A DNA stretch of 64,000 bases from Callorhinchus milii (Eukaryota). Below the pieces are notes generated by a model, which did not search any database, was not told the origin of the DNA, and saw nothing but the letters and a program-made list of their open reading frames with translations. The stretch covers positions 81,594,001-81,658,000 of the forward strand of contig NW_024704743.1 in the NCBI RefSeq assembly GCF_018977255.1, written 5' to 3'. Below, in pieces: positions 1 to 11,100 of this stretch. The stretch's first letter is position 1; the number at the start of each line of letters is the position of its first letter. Made by a program: the position numbers and the translations under genes.

Positions 1-516
1 TGAGACAGTGAGTGAGTGAGTGAGTGAGTGAGTGAGTGAGACAGTTAGTGAGACAGTGAGTGAGTGAGTGAGTGAGTGAGTGAGTGAGTGAGTGAGACAG
101 TGAGACAGTGAGACAGTGAGTGAGACAGTGAGTGAGTGAGACAGTGAGTGAGACAGTGAGTGGGTGAGACAGTGAGTGAGTGAGATAGTGAGTGAGACAG
201 TGAGTGAGACAGTGAGTGAGTGAGACAGTGAGTGAGTGAGTGAGTGAGTGAGTGAGACAGTGAGTGAGTGAGTGAGTGAGTGAGTGAGTGAGACAGTGAG
301 TGAGACAGTGAGTGAGTGAGACAGTGAGTGAGTGAGACAGTGAGTGAGTGAGTGAGTGAGTGAGTGAGTGAGTGAGTGAGTGAGTGAGTGAGTGAGTGAG
401 TGAGTGAGTGAGTGAGTGAGTGAGTGAGTGAGTGAGTGAGTGAGTGAGTGAGTGAGTGAGTGAGTGAGTGAGTGAGTGAGTGAGTGAGTGAGTGAGTGAG
501 TGAGTGAGTGAGTGAG
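1..516. repeat. (TGAG)n microsatellite with GACAG interruptions, at the start of the syntrophin intron
   Basis: Direct tandem TGAG array; pure from ~341 to 516. Confidence 0.97.
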
Positions 517-523
517 GCTGTAC

Positions 524-898
524 CTTGACGACCCTGACGTTCCGCTTCTTGTTGCTGATGGCATCGGGGATGTGGTCGCACGGCTCAGCCGAGGCATTGC
601 GGGGAGAGGCGGCGGCGGAGGCGGAGGCGGCTGCTCGGGGGCTTCGGGACCCGACCCCCTGTGGGCTGCGGGAGGCGGCTCCCGGGGCGGGAGCGGGAGC
701 GGCTGCGGCTGCGGGTGCGGCTGCGGCTCGGGGCGTCTGAGCTCCGTTGCTCAGCCCGTTCCAGCTCGGGGTGTCCGCGCACTGGTCGCAGCTGAGCACC
801 AGGCTGTCCTCGGTCAGGGTGGCCAGCACCCGGTGCCAGCCCTCCCTCACCCACACCTCCAGCAGCCCACTCCTCTGCACCCTGCCCGCTAACGCCAT
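524..898 (-). CDS. SNTB1: Syntrophin (beta-1-like) first coding exon: PH1a segment, Ala/Pro-rich linker and start of PDZ; gene continues off the left edge
   Basis: Minus strand from ATG at 898 reads MALAGRVQRSGLLEVWVREGWHRVLATLTEDSLVLS...EPCDHIPDAISNKKRNVRVVK. This resembles recalled SNTB1 motifs RAQRSGLLEVLVRDRWHKVLVNLSEDALVLS and EQVPESISNQKRGVKVLK. 375 nt, ending at a phase-0 donor AAG|GTACAG (523-522), with good start context AAGATGG. Family is secure; paralog (beta-1 vs alpha-1 or other) is less so. Confidence 0.85.
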
Positions 899-961
899 CT
901 TTGTCGCATTCTTAGAATACCTTGCGATAAACAGCCCAGGGTGGAGGGAAGTCAGGCACCG

Positions 962-1255
962 ACAGAGAGAGAGAGAGAGAGAGACACACACACACAGAGA
1001 GAGAGAGAGAGAGTTAGAGACACACACACACACAGAGAGAGAGAGTTAGAGACACACACACACAGAGAGAGAGAGAGAGTTAGAGACACACACACACACA
1101 CAGAGAGAGAGAGTTAGAGACACACACACACACAGAGAGAGAGAGAGTTAGAGACACACACACACACACAGAGAGAGAGAGGGCTGTAATTATTTCTCTC
1201 TCACTCTCTCACTCACTCACTCCTTCTCTCTCTCTCACACACACACTCACACACT
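962..1255. repeat. Compound (GA)n-GTTA-GAGA-(CA)n minisatellite plus CT/CA-rich tract
   Basis: Repeated ~28-30 bp unit gagagagagttagagacacacacacaca. Confidence 0.92.
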
Positions 1256-1476
1256 CCTCCTCCCGCCGCCGCCGCCGACTAATCCTTCTGCTCGGATGAT
1301 GTTCTGGGTGGAGCGAGAGCCCAGTGGAGTGGAGCAGCCGAAGCTATTCCCCCCCCACACACCCCCACACCCTCCACCCCGGGGGGGAGGGGGCGCTGGA
1401 GCTCACACTACAGCCCTTTTACTCTCACTTCTCTCTCGAAAAGTTTGGGGCTCGGGCTGCGATCTGGAGTTGTCCT

Positions 1477-1477
<1 letters not shown>

Positions 1478-1516
<39 letters not shown>

Positions 1517-1520
1517 TGTG
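1478..1520. repeat. (TG)n microsatellite
   Basis: Direct dinucleotide array. Confidence 0.95.
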
Positions 1521-2719
1521 TTTTCTTTGCAGAGACGACGTCCCGAGCACAGCAGTACATACCTGGACCCATCCGTCCGGATGAACCGCACCTGTAATAA
1601 TAATAACACGCGATGCAGATCGATCCGCACATCAGATCTGCAACTCTTCTGAAGGCTCAGTTGCACCGCAGCTTCATACCTCGGAATAACGAGCCCAGGA
1701 TAGCACTCACTGTTAATGACTGTTGTTAAAGTAGTTCTCTCCCCGATTATATTATAATTCAGAGCTCTATTGCAATGCGACTTAATAAAAACATCTGGAA
1801 ATACTGTAGTGTGTGTGTGTGTGGAGGGGTTGGGGTGGGGGGGGTTGTTTGTATTGAATTGTGTGTGGTGTGTATTGTATGTGTTCGAATTTGTGTGAAT
1901 GTGTGTGTCGTTGTCTGTCCGTATCTGTGCTTTGTGTATTTGTGGGGTTTGTGGGGATGGAGAGGATGAAGGCAGTGAACACGAGAAATCCTTTCCTCCC
2001 ACTGTACTCTAAAATCCATCAAACTCAACATAGCACTCAACGTAACCCACAGAGCGATGCAAACACACGACACAAATAACACTCAGTGGCACACAAAACA
2101 AGACAAGAAAACAGTGACTAGAACGACGCAATACACCAACTGGATGTAATAATTAATACAGGCATTGATGCTAATGATCCGGGCTCATTTTTGCCACATA
2201 AATGACACGAAGGTTACATTAAAGTCGAATCGAATCCTGCACAGCAGCTGTGACTGCTTTGGAAAGGTTGGGAGAATGCATACCTTCTTCTTTTTTTTAA
2301 AAAAAAGAAAGAATGAGTGCAGAAATGACTCAATAAAAAGATCTTGTTAAGATATATAAAGAGTTTTGATACATCGATGTAAAAGGGACTGGTGAAAATT
2401 AATGGAAAAGTACGGCTCAGGGTTTAACAGTGGTTGTTAAAGCACAAGACATCAAGCAAAGCTTTGCATTAAAGTGTATGCAATGGCAGATTGCAGCCCC
2501 CCCTCCACCCCCCCACCGCTGTAGGTAATAATAATCATATTACCAGATGACTGAACTTTCACAAAGTTCAAGAAATTTGCGTTCAAACGGTGAAATGTTG
2601 TGGAGGGTCTGAACAGGAAACAGCGACACCAAGTGTGTCTGATCACAGAGCTGCAGTGGGGAACACCACTGTGTTCTTCAGGACTGAAGGCAGCCATATA
2701 CACTATGTAGCTGTGTTTT

Positions 2720-2985
2720 GTTCAGCCCTCGCTTATCTGTCTGGCCTCCTCCCCTCCTTCCTCTAACTAACCTTTCTCCCTTATCTGTTGTCTGTCCGGT
2801 TGTCTGACTTTCCCTTCCCTACTCTACCTGTTGTCTGATCACTGCCCTCCTTTACCTTTAAACACAACGCAAAATACTGCAGATGCTGGAAATCTGAAAC
2901 AAAAACAGAAGTGGCTGGGAACACTCAGGAGAAAGGAAAGTGAATCAATGTTTTGGGAAAACTTTGACTGACTTTCATTCACCCA
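2720..2985 (-). mobile_element. Penelope-type terminal-repeat remnant with degenerate hammerhead
   Basis: aaatactgcagatgctggaaatctgaaacaaaaacagaa...gggaacactcag is the reverse complement of the 54285-54420 element. Confidence 0.55.
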
Positions 2986-3002
2986 CAAAATACACATAGT
3001 CA

Positions 3003-4290
3003 CACAACAATAACAACAACTTGCGGTTACATAGTGCCCCTCACGCATTGTAGCATCCCAGAGCGTTTGACAGTTGTGGTGAACAATGCCACGGGCAGCG
3101 GGATATGACCGGAGGCACAGCTGAAGAGGAAGGTCTTCAGGAGCGACCTGAAGATAGGGAAGGAAGGGGCAAGGCGGTGAAATAGAGTTGAAGTGTTCCA
3201 GCGTTTCGGAGCATAGTGGTTAAAAGCACGGCTTCCAATGCTGGAATCGAGGTCACAAGGGACATGCAGAAGGCCAGAGTCAGCTGAGCGGAGGCAGCTG
3301 GTTGTGGGTTGGGGGGTAAGCAGTTTGGAGAGGTAGGGAGGTGCCAGAGCATGAAAGAATTTGAAAACGAGTGTGAGGATCTTGATATCAATCCTTTCGG
3401 TGATAGCGAGCCAATGGAAATTATCTAGAACTTGTGTGATGGGGTTTCGGAGTTTAGTGTGGATGAGTATGCAGGCGGTGGAGTTTTGGATCAGCTGGAT
3501 CTTGTGCATGGTGGAGCTGGGGATACTGGCAAAGAGGCCATTTGAAAAGTCGAGTCGGGAGGTGATGAACGCATGGACGAGTGGTTCGGCTGCATCTGGC
3601 GTAAGGTACAGTCAGAGGCGAGAAATGTGGGGGAGGTGGAGGAAGGCGGTCCTGGTCAGGGACTGGATGTGAGGAAGGAAGGACAGCTGCGGGTCGGACC
3701 TGAAGCCTAGGTTGTGCACTGGTTTGGTAAGTCTGTGGGATAGGCTGGGAAGGTTGTGGAGATCAGAGCCATAGGATAGAAGGTTGACGGGAGCCAATGA
3801 GTATGGCTTCTGTCTTGTTAACATTTAATTGTAAAATGTTTTCGCTCATTCAGACCTTGTGGTCCGCCAGAAAAGCCAACAGAGTATCGGGGGATCTGGA
3901 GTCGCAGCTGGAGGAGAAGTAGATTTGGGTGTCATCTACTTACATGTGGAAGTTTATAGAGTTTGTGTTTGTGGATGACATCGCCAAGAGGGAGCATATA
4001 GATGAGGAAGAAGAGGGGGCCAGGGATGGAGCCTTGTGGTACACTGCAGTTGATCAGGTGAGGGTGGGAGGAGAAACTGTGTGAGGAGACAAAGTGAAGG
4101 CAGTTGGTCAGCAAGGACTCGAACCAGGACAGTGCAGACCCACTGAGGTGGATGAGGGAGGAGAGACGGTGGATGAAGATGGCGTGGTCAACTGTGTCAA
4201 ACCGGCAGAGAGGTCTAGGAGGTCAAGGAGGCAGAGGGAGCCCTGGTCACAGAGAGAGAGGATGTTGTTTTTGACCTTGACAAATTCTGT
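3003..4290 (-). mobile_element. Old L2 LINE 3' portion (RT and C-terminus, degraded)
   Basis: Minus ORFs with [31 protein letters not shown] and HWLAITERIDIKIL; (CAA)n tail near 3005. Confidence 0.9.
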
Positions 4291-4691
4291 CCTATGAAGT
4301 GCTTTGAGACGTCTCAACAATGTGGTAAGGCGCTATATCAAAGGATTATTGCATGTTCCTGAAACATGAAAAGTTGCACTTTGCAAAAATTATCACTAAA
4401 AAATTATAATGTTTCCTTTTGTTTTCTCTTGCAGAGAACAACAAGAAAGCCCATAACTGAAACTTGCGCAAAATATGTCACCTCACGTTTTAAGGACAAT
4501 ATATCAATCCTTTGTCCATCTCTATTTAAACATGACTTGTGTGCTGGCAGTAGCTATGCTATGAATGCTTAGTATTCATAAGTTTTGGTTTCACTGAGTA
4601 GTGTGACAATCAAATCGCTCTCTTTCCTCTCCTCAATCCATCCAATGCTCAAAGTAAATATTTTTTCTACTGTGGCCTGTCCTCTACAGGG

Positions 4692-4900
4692 TGTCAGCCT
4701 GGCTCAGCTGGTAGAACTCCTACATCTGAATCAGAAGGTTGTGGGAAGGTCACCACATTAGAAATTAAACCTCATAGCTCTAAACTGAAACATCAATGGA
4801 TTGTCAGAAGTGCCCTCTTTCAAATATGATGTTAAACTGAGGTCTGCCTGTTCATGTGGATGTTAAAGATCGTGTAGCGTTATTCGAAAAGAGAAGGTTC
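4692..4900 (+). mobile_element. Deu-domain tRNA SINE (SacSINE1/AmnSINE1-related)
   Basis: Head gtcagcctggctcagctggtag...agaaggttgtggg plus gatgttaaactgaggtctgcctgttcatgtggatgttaaagatc. Confidence 0.75.
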
Positions 4901-4989
4901 TGAACAAATATCAATATAAAAGGCAATAATGTTCATATACATAACTAAAGGTTGGGCAAGTGTCCTGTCCATTAATTCCAGAGGTAAAA

Positions 4990-5265
4990 AACAACCAAAT
5001 TACATTTATATAGTGCCTTTGAGGTCGGAAGGACGTCCCAAAGTGCTGGACAGTTAAGGGTTTGCACACAAGCTCCTAAGCTGGGGGTTGGAATCAAGAA
5101 GGGTGGGAGGGTAGCCAAAAGCACAATCAAGGAAGAAAGTATTGAAGCAGGTCTTGAAGGAGACAAGGGGTGGAGCGATTCCAGGATGGAGTTCCAGAGT
5201 GTGGGAGGACAGAAACCTGAAGGCCTGACCGCCAATGGGGAGGCAAGCAGTGCCCGCCGAGCAGA
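4990..5265 (-). mobile_element. L2 3' fragment
   Basis: PTLWNSI motif and 3' stem-loop tgggacgtccttccgacctcaaaggcact on the minus strand. Confidence 0.8.
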
Positions 5266-5520
5266 GGCGTTAAAACAAATGTTAAAATAATGAGCATTCA
5301 CTTCTTTGCTGTTCCAGGGACATTGATATTTGCATATTGACCGCTGCATTTGCCTACAAATGGACTGTACACTTTATAGAAAACTGTATGAAGTGCTTTG
5401 AGACTTTTTGGCACAACACCAAATACAAGGATTGTTATTACAAATAATAGTCATGGAAGAACACATTTACATCCTTATCAGCCTATCTTACCATGCCTTA
5501 ATATTTGCCTTTTTCATTTA

Positions 5521-5805
5521 GATAATAATAATAATTCTTGCATTTGATATGGCTTCTTATCACGTCTCCGAGAGGTCTCAAAGCGCTTCCCAGAATTTAC
5601 TGTAAAGTGAATTGACTGTATATTTTGTGGGCGAAACGCAGCAGCCAATTGCACACAGCAGTGTCCCACAAACAGTCGTGGATTGAATGACCAAATTATT
5701 TTTATTTTGAAGGAATTATTATCCCCTGAAAAACAATTGACAACTGGGTTCCTACTTACTGCTAGGTAAACAGAGGAATGTGGCGTAAGGAAACTTGCCC
5801 AAACT
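5521..5805 (-). mobile_element. tRNA-Ala SINE, CORE-like subtype, 5'-truncated
   Basis: (AAT)n tail, ttgcatttgatat, and cctacttactgctaggtaaacagagg...gtaaggaaacttgccc. Confidence 0.85.
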
Positions 5806-6611
5806 TTAGTTATGTATATGTACATTATTGCCTTTTATATAGATACTTGTTCAGACCTTTTATATATCAAATATCAAATGACTATTAGCTGCTGACTTCT
5901 GTCTAGGTACTTACCAGGTTGCTCACATTAGGTGTTACTGTATTTAGAAATGCAAAACAAAGTTCTAACAACTTGTAGCTTTCATATCCAATAATATCTC
6001 AAACTGCTTTACTGAGGTTATGTGGCTTACTGAACATGATAGTAAATGGGAGGGTGGGGGGGAGGGTGGCAGTTTTCAGGGTATTTACCAAATGCATGGT
6101 CAAAGAGATAAGATTTTAGGAATGTTTTAAAATCAAGGTAAGAGGACAATGTGAGGGATTTTGAGAGTGTGTTTTTGTGAATCAGACACAGTGGAAAGGG
6201 TAAGAAACAATCCTTAAAGTATTTAAAGAATGTGTTTCAAGAACAGGCCCAATTTTTTAGCCACTGGGATTCAGGTCCTCCTTGATAAATAAATGCCGGT
6301 AAAACAAGTTCAAAGCTACAAAAATAACAAAGAGCCCAAATTAAGGCCAACATTTAGACAATAAGATTGCTTGCTCAGGGTCCAAACAAAATATTGGTGC
6401 TTAGACCCAGAGTGGGGCAACCCACTTACCTGGAGAGGGTGGCGCCTGCTGGTGTTCCTAAACCTTTGCCTTAAATAAGCTAGGGAATACGTTTAGGAAT
6501 CTTGCTAATTTTATCCCAGTAATTCACACAAAAATGCATACTAAATATACCCAACACAGAAGTATATGATGGTCTATTATGCATATACAAAACAGACTGC
6601 TTTACTTGTCA

Positions 6612-7431
6612 GGGGAACAACTTATATCAGTTGAACATCAACAAGACCGAGGCTCTCCTGATTGGCTCCCGTCAGCGCCTCGTCACCTCAGGCGCTGACA
6701 GCAACACCATCCACGGTTGCACACTCCACCTTGCTAAGCCAGTCCAGGAGCTTGGGGTCTTGTTTGACCCTCAACTATCCTTTCTACCCCACATCTGCAC
6801 CATGACCAGCTCTGCCTTCTCCTACCTTTGCAATGTCGCCCAGATCCGTTACTGTCTCACACCGCAGGCCACCGAAACTCTCTTGCACGCTTTCATTACA
6901 TCGAGGCTTGACTATGCAAACTCATTGTTTGTTGGCATCCCCAATTCCTCCCTCCACAGGCTACAGATCATCCAGAACTCGACAGCCCATGTCTTCTCCC
7001 GCCCCAGGCTCCATGACCCTATCACCCCCATCCTCGCCTGACTCCACTAGCTTCCCATCTCAGAGGATACAGTTCAAGATCCTGGTCCTCAACTTCAAAG
7101 CCCTCCACAGTCTTGCTCCCCCCTACCTCTGCGACCTCCTAACCCCCTACCATCCTGTTCGCTCCCTCCACTCAGTGGGCTCCAGCCTGCTTCATGTCTC
7201 CCGCCTTGCTCGCCCCACCATTGGCGGGCAGGCCTTCTACCACTCTGCCCCCACCCTTTGGAACTTCATCCCGGAGTCCTTCCACCTCGCCCCCTCCCTT
7301 GCCACCTTCAAGACCCATCTCAAGACCCTACTCTTCGACCTTGCTTTCGATCTCCCTGCTTCCCCCTCTGCCCTCCAATCCTGACCTCCAGCTCGGGTCC
7401 GTAACTCTGTCTGTCCAGTGCCTTGGGACGT
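6612..7431 (+). mobile_element. L2 3' fragment, interrupted in its 3' stem-loop by CR1; tail resumes at 9864-9919
   Basis: [25 protein letters not shown] and PTLWNFIP motifs; ends ...ccttgggacgt. Confidence 0.92.
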
Positions 7432-9863
7432 ATGAGAGATAACTTTCTAGAGCAGCATGCTGAGGAACCAATTAGGGGACAGGCCATCCTAGACCTTGTT
7501 TTGTGTAACGAAACAGGGCTAGTTGGCAGTGTAGGTATTAAGAATCCTCTAGGGCAGAGTGATCACAATATGATTGAATTCAGCATTAAGTTAGAGAGGG
7601 ATATAGTTAAATCCGAGGCAAGTATTCTGAATTTAAATAGGGCTAATTTTGTAGGTATGAGGAAAGATTTAGGTAAAATAAACTGGAGAATAAGATTAAG
7701 AGGTAAAAATGTAGACCAACAGTGGCAAATATTTAAGGATGTAGTGCAAAATTCTCAGCGATTGCATATCCCCTTGCGGAATAAGAGTACCACAGGGAAA
7801 GCAATTCATCTGCGGCTAAAACTGCCAAGAAAAGCGGCAAATCTGAAGATTGGGAGAGTTTTAGAAACCAGCAAAATAAAACTAAAAAACTTATTAAGAG
7901 CGAGAAAAAGGAGTATGAGGGTAAGCTAGCTAGGAACATTAAGTCTGATTGTAAAAGTGTTTACAAATATATTAAGAGGAATAGGCTAGTGAGGGTAAAT
8001 GTAGGTTCACTAGAGTCAGAGACGGGAGAAGTTGTAATGGGGGACAAGGACATGGCAGAATCCCTAAATGGGTACTTTGCATCTGTCTTCACCCTAGAAG
8101 ACACAACAAGTCTGCCAACAATAGAGATGCACCAAAGGGATAAGGACAGGGAGCAACTTAGGGAAATTTTAATTAGTAGAGAATTGGTGCTAGGGAAACT
8201 GTTAGCACTAAAAAATGACAAATCCCCTGGTCCGGATGGCTTGTATCCCAGGGTTTTAAAAGAGGTAGCTTATGAGATAGTGGAGGCCTTATGTCTGATC
8301 TTGCAAAATTCCTTGGATTCTGGAACAGTCCCCATGGATTGGAAGATCGCAAATGTCACACCACTATTTAAAAAAGGTGGAAAGGAAAAGATGGGGAACT
8401 ATAGGCCAGTTAGTCTCACATAGGAAAATTTTTAGAATCGTTGATTAAGGATGTGGTAGTGCGGTATTTAGGGGAGCACAATATAATTAGACCAAGTCAA
8501 CATGGCTTTACAAAAGGGAAGTCATGTTTGACAAATCTCATAGAGTTTTTTGAGGATATTTCCAGTAAACTAGATAAGGGTGAATCAGTGGATGTGGTCT
8601 ATTTGGACTTCCAGAAGGCATTCGATAAGGTGCCGCATAAAAGGTTAGTCCAAAAAATAAGGGCCCATGGAATTGGGGGGAGCATATTAATGTGGATTGG
8701 GGAATGGTTAATGGGTAGGAAACAAAGAGTAGGGATAAACGGGTCCTTTTCAGATTGGCGGGATGTGACTAGTGGAGTGCCACAAGAATCAGTCCTTGGG
8801 CCTCAGCTATTTACCATCTACATCAACGATCCAGATTAGGACATCGAAGCTAATATACCTAAATTTGCGGGTGACACAAAACTAGGAGGAAGTGCCAACA
8901 CAGAGGACAACATTAAAAACATGCAGCGAGACATAGATAGGTTAGGTGATTGGGCAGGTAGGTGGCAGATGAAGTATAATGTAGGGAAGTGCGAAGTCAT
9001 CCACCTAGGTAGCAAAAACAGTAGAGCGGGTTATTTTTTAGAAGGGGAGAGATTAGAATGCGTTAGCATCCAGAGGGACTTGGGTGTCCTTGTACACCAA
9101 TTGCAGAAAGTTAGTCTGCAGGTGCAGCAGCAATTAGGAAGGCAAATGGTATGTTAGCATTCATTATGAAAGGATTAGAGTATAAGAGTAGGAAAGTCTT
9201 GCTGCAACTGTATAGGGCCCTGGTGAGACCACACCTGGAATGCTGTGTCCAGTTTTGGTCTCATTTAAGGAAGGACGTACTTGCCTTGGAGGGGGTGCAG
9301 CGTAGATTTACTAGGTTAGTATCAGGGATGAAGGGGATGAGTTACGAGGATAGGCTGACCAATTTGGGCGTATATTCTCCAGAATATAGAAGAATTAGAG
9401 GGTTTCTTATAGAAACCTATAAGATCATCAAAGGGCATGATAGAGTAGATAGTGGGAGATTGTTTCCCCTGGTTGGAGAAACTAAAACCAGGGGTCACAA
9501 CCTTAAAATCAGAGGCCAGCCCTTTCGCACTGAGTTGAGGAAGAACTTCTTCACTCAAAGGATGGCGAATGTATGGAACTCACTACCCCAAAGGGCTATT
9601 GACGCTCAATCCTTGAACATATTCAAGACTGAGATAAATAGATTTCTTATTGCAAAAGGGATTAAGGGATATGGGGATAAGGCAGGGTCAGGTTATTAGC
9701 TGGAGTTAGATTAGAAGATCAGCCATGATTGAATGGCGGGGCAGGCTCGCAGGGCCGAATGGCCTACTCCTACTCCTACATGTTATGTTATGTTATGTTA
9801 TGTTATGTTATGTTATGTTATGTTATGTTATGTTATGTTATGTTATGTTATGTTATGTTATGT
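7432..9863 (+). mobile_element. CR1 LINE, 5'-truncated ORF2 (EN end + RT), disrupted, with expanded (ATGTT)n tail
   Basis: Motifs [40 protein letters not shown] and [18 protein letters not shown] in place of FADDTK; frameshifts and stops; typical CR1 3'UTR gatcagccatgattgaatggcgg... Confidence 0.95.
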
Positions 9864-9919
9864 CCTCCCGACGTGAAAGGCGCTATACAAATGTAATTTT
9901 GTTGTTGTTGTTGTTGTTG
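9864..9919 (+). mobile_element. Displaced 3' end of the 6612-7431 L2
   Basis: cctcccgacgtgaaaggcgctatacaaatgtaatttt(gtt)n completes the stem-loop cut at 7431. Confidence 0.9.
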
Positions 9920-10329
9920 CATTACAATGTGATGTCACTTGGGACACCTTGTATAGAACAACTGGAGCCTGCAATGATTAGTGCATGTAATGGAAGATAT
10001 TCATCCAGTACTCTACACAATAGCTCAGAAAATTGGGATATCATCCAGATATGAAAGGTGCTATACAAATTTGCTGTTGCTGAAAAAGTGTTAATCTGTC
10101 ACCAAAGTATTCTAATAAACAATGTTTGAGAGTGTTTTCCTTCTTTTAAAAAATGATTTGCCAATTCAAATAATGTGGAAAGCAGGGAGGAAGCCAGACA
10201 CTAGATAAAAGAGAGATCAGATAACAGGTAAAGAAATAAGGAGATCAGACAACAGGTAAAGTAGGGCAGAGATGTCAGACAAAAGGTAAAGAGCAAAAAC
10301 AGAAGTTGCTGGGAACACTCAGCACAGCA

Positions 10330-10610
10330 ATGAAGTGAATGAACAATTTTATTTGTTGGCCTAGACATCGGGAGAAACTTCTTTGCAACAGTGCAATAGG
10401 ATCTTTAATGCCCACTTGAACAGGAATATGGGGCTTTGGTTCAGTATTTGGTTTTGGTTTAGCATCTCATCTGAAGGACAACACCTCCAACAATGCAGCA
10501 CCCCCCCAGCATAGCATTGGAGTGTCAGCATAGGCTATATGAATTCCAAGTGCCGACATGCGGCTTGAACCCACAACATTCTGGCTCAGAGGTAATTGTG
10601 GGACAAAGTG
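10330..10610 (-). mobile_element. Deu-domain SINE
   Basis: ggatctttaatgcccacttgaacagg...catctcatctgaaggac...ggcttgaacccacaac. Confidence 0.75.
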
Positions 10611-10754
10611 AGACAGTCAGACACATATTGGTGTCCAAACATTATTAACATTCAATTTATGATCACATTACAGTTAAAAGTTTAGCAGGGTACTAGTTTA
10701 ACCCAATGATACTTCAGTCAGTCCATTAACTTTAAAATCATTGAGAAATTCAAT

Positions 10755-11100
10755 GCTCGTCGAGCTACTTGCTTCTTCCCTCCACAAGCTGCAGACTATC
10801 CAAAACTCTGCAGCTTGTGTCCTTTCCTGCAGTAGGCTCCGCTAGCCTATCACCCCCATCCTCGCCTAGCTCCACTGGCTCTCCATCCCCCAGTTGATCG
10901 AATGCAAGATCCTCACCCTATCCTTTAATCCCTCCGTGGTCCCTCTACAATCTCCTCAAACCCTACCAACCCGGCTGCTCCCTCCATTCACTTGGCCTGC
11001 TTCATGTCTCCTACACCACCCGCCCCACCGTTGACAGTCAGCCTTTCACTATTTGGAACTCAATCTCGATGTCCCTTAGATTCACCTCTTCCCTCAACTC
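10755..11100 (+). mobile_element. Degraded L2 3' fragment
   Basis: ctccacaagctgcagactatccaaaactctgcagc...ctccactggctc matches other L2 copies in the window. Confidence 0.8.

Larger units (their letters stand above)
520..1700 (-). promoter_or_regulatory. CpG-rich 5' region / probable promoter of the syntrophin gene
   Basis: High GC and CpG density against a CpG-depleted background; (CCG)n at 1263-1278; YY1-type AAGATGGCG overlapping the start codon. Confidence 0.6.

Noticed and set aside
45..581. 178-aa SLTH-repeat ORF
   Set aside because: Translation of the (CACT)n microsatellite in an intron.
512..1049. Plus-strand Gly/Ala-rich ORFs
   Set aside because: Antisense shadows of the GC-rich syntrophin exon.
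6250..6530. Strong minus-strand donor CCAG|GTAAGT at ~6430 as a syntrophin upstream exon
   Set aside because: No supporting acceptor or ORF; the context looks like a decayed interspersed repeat.
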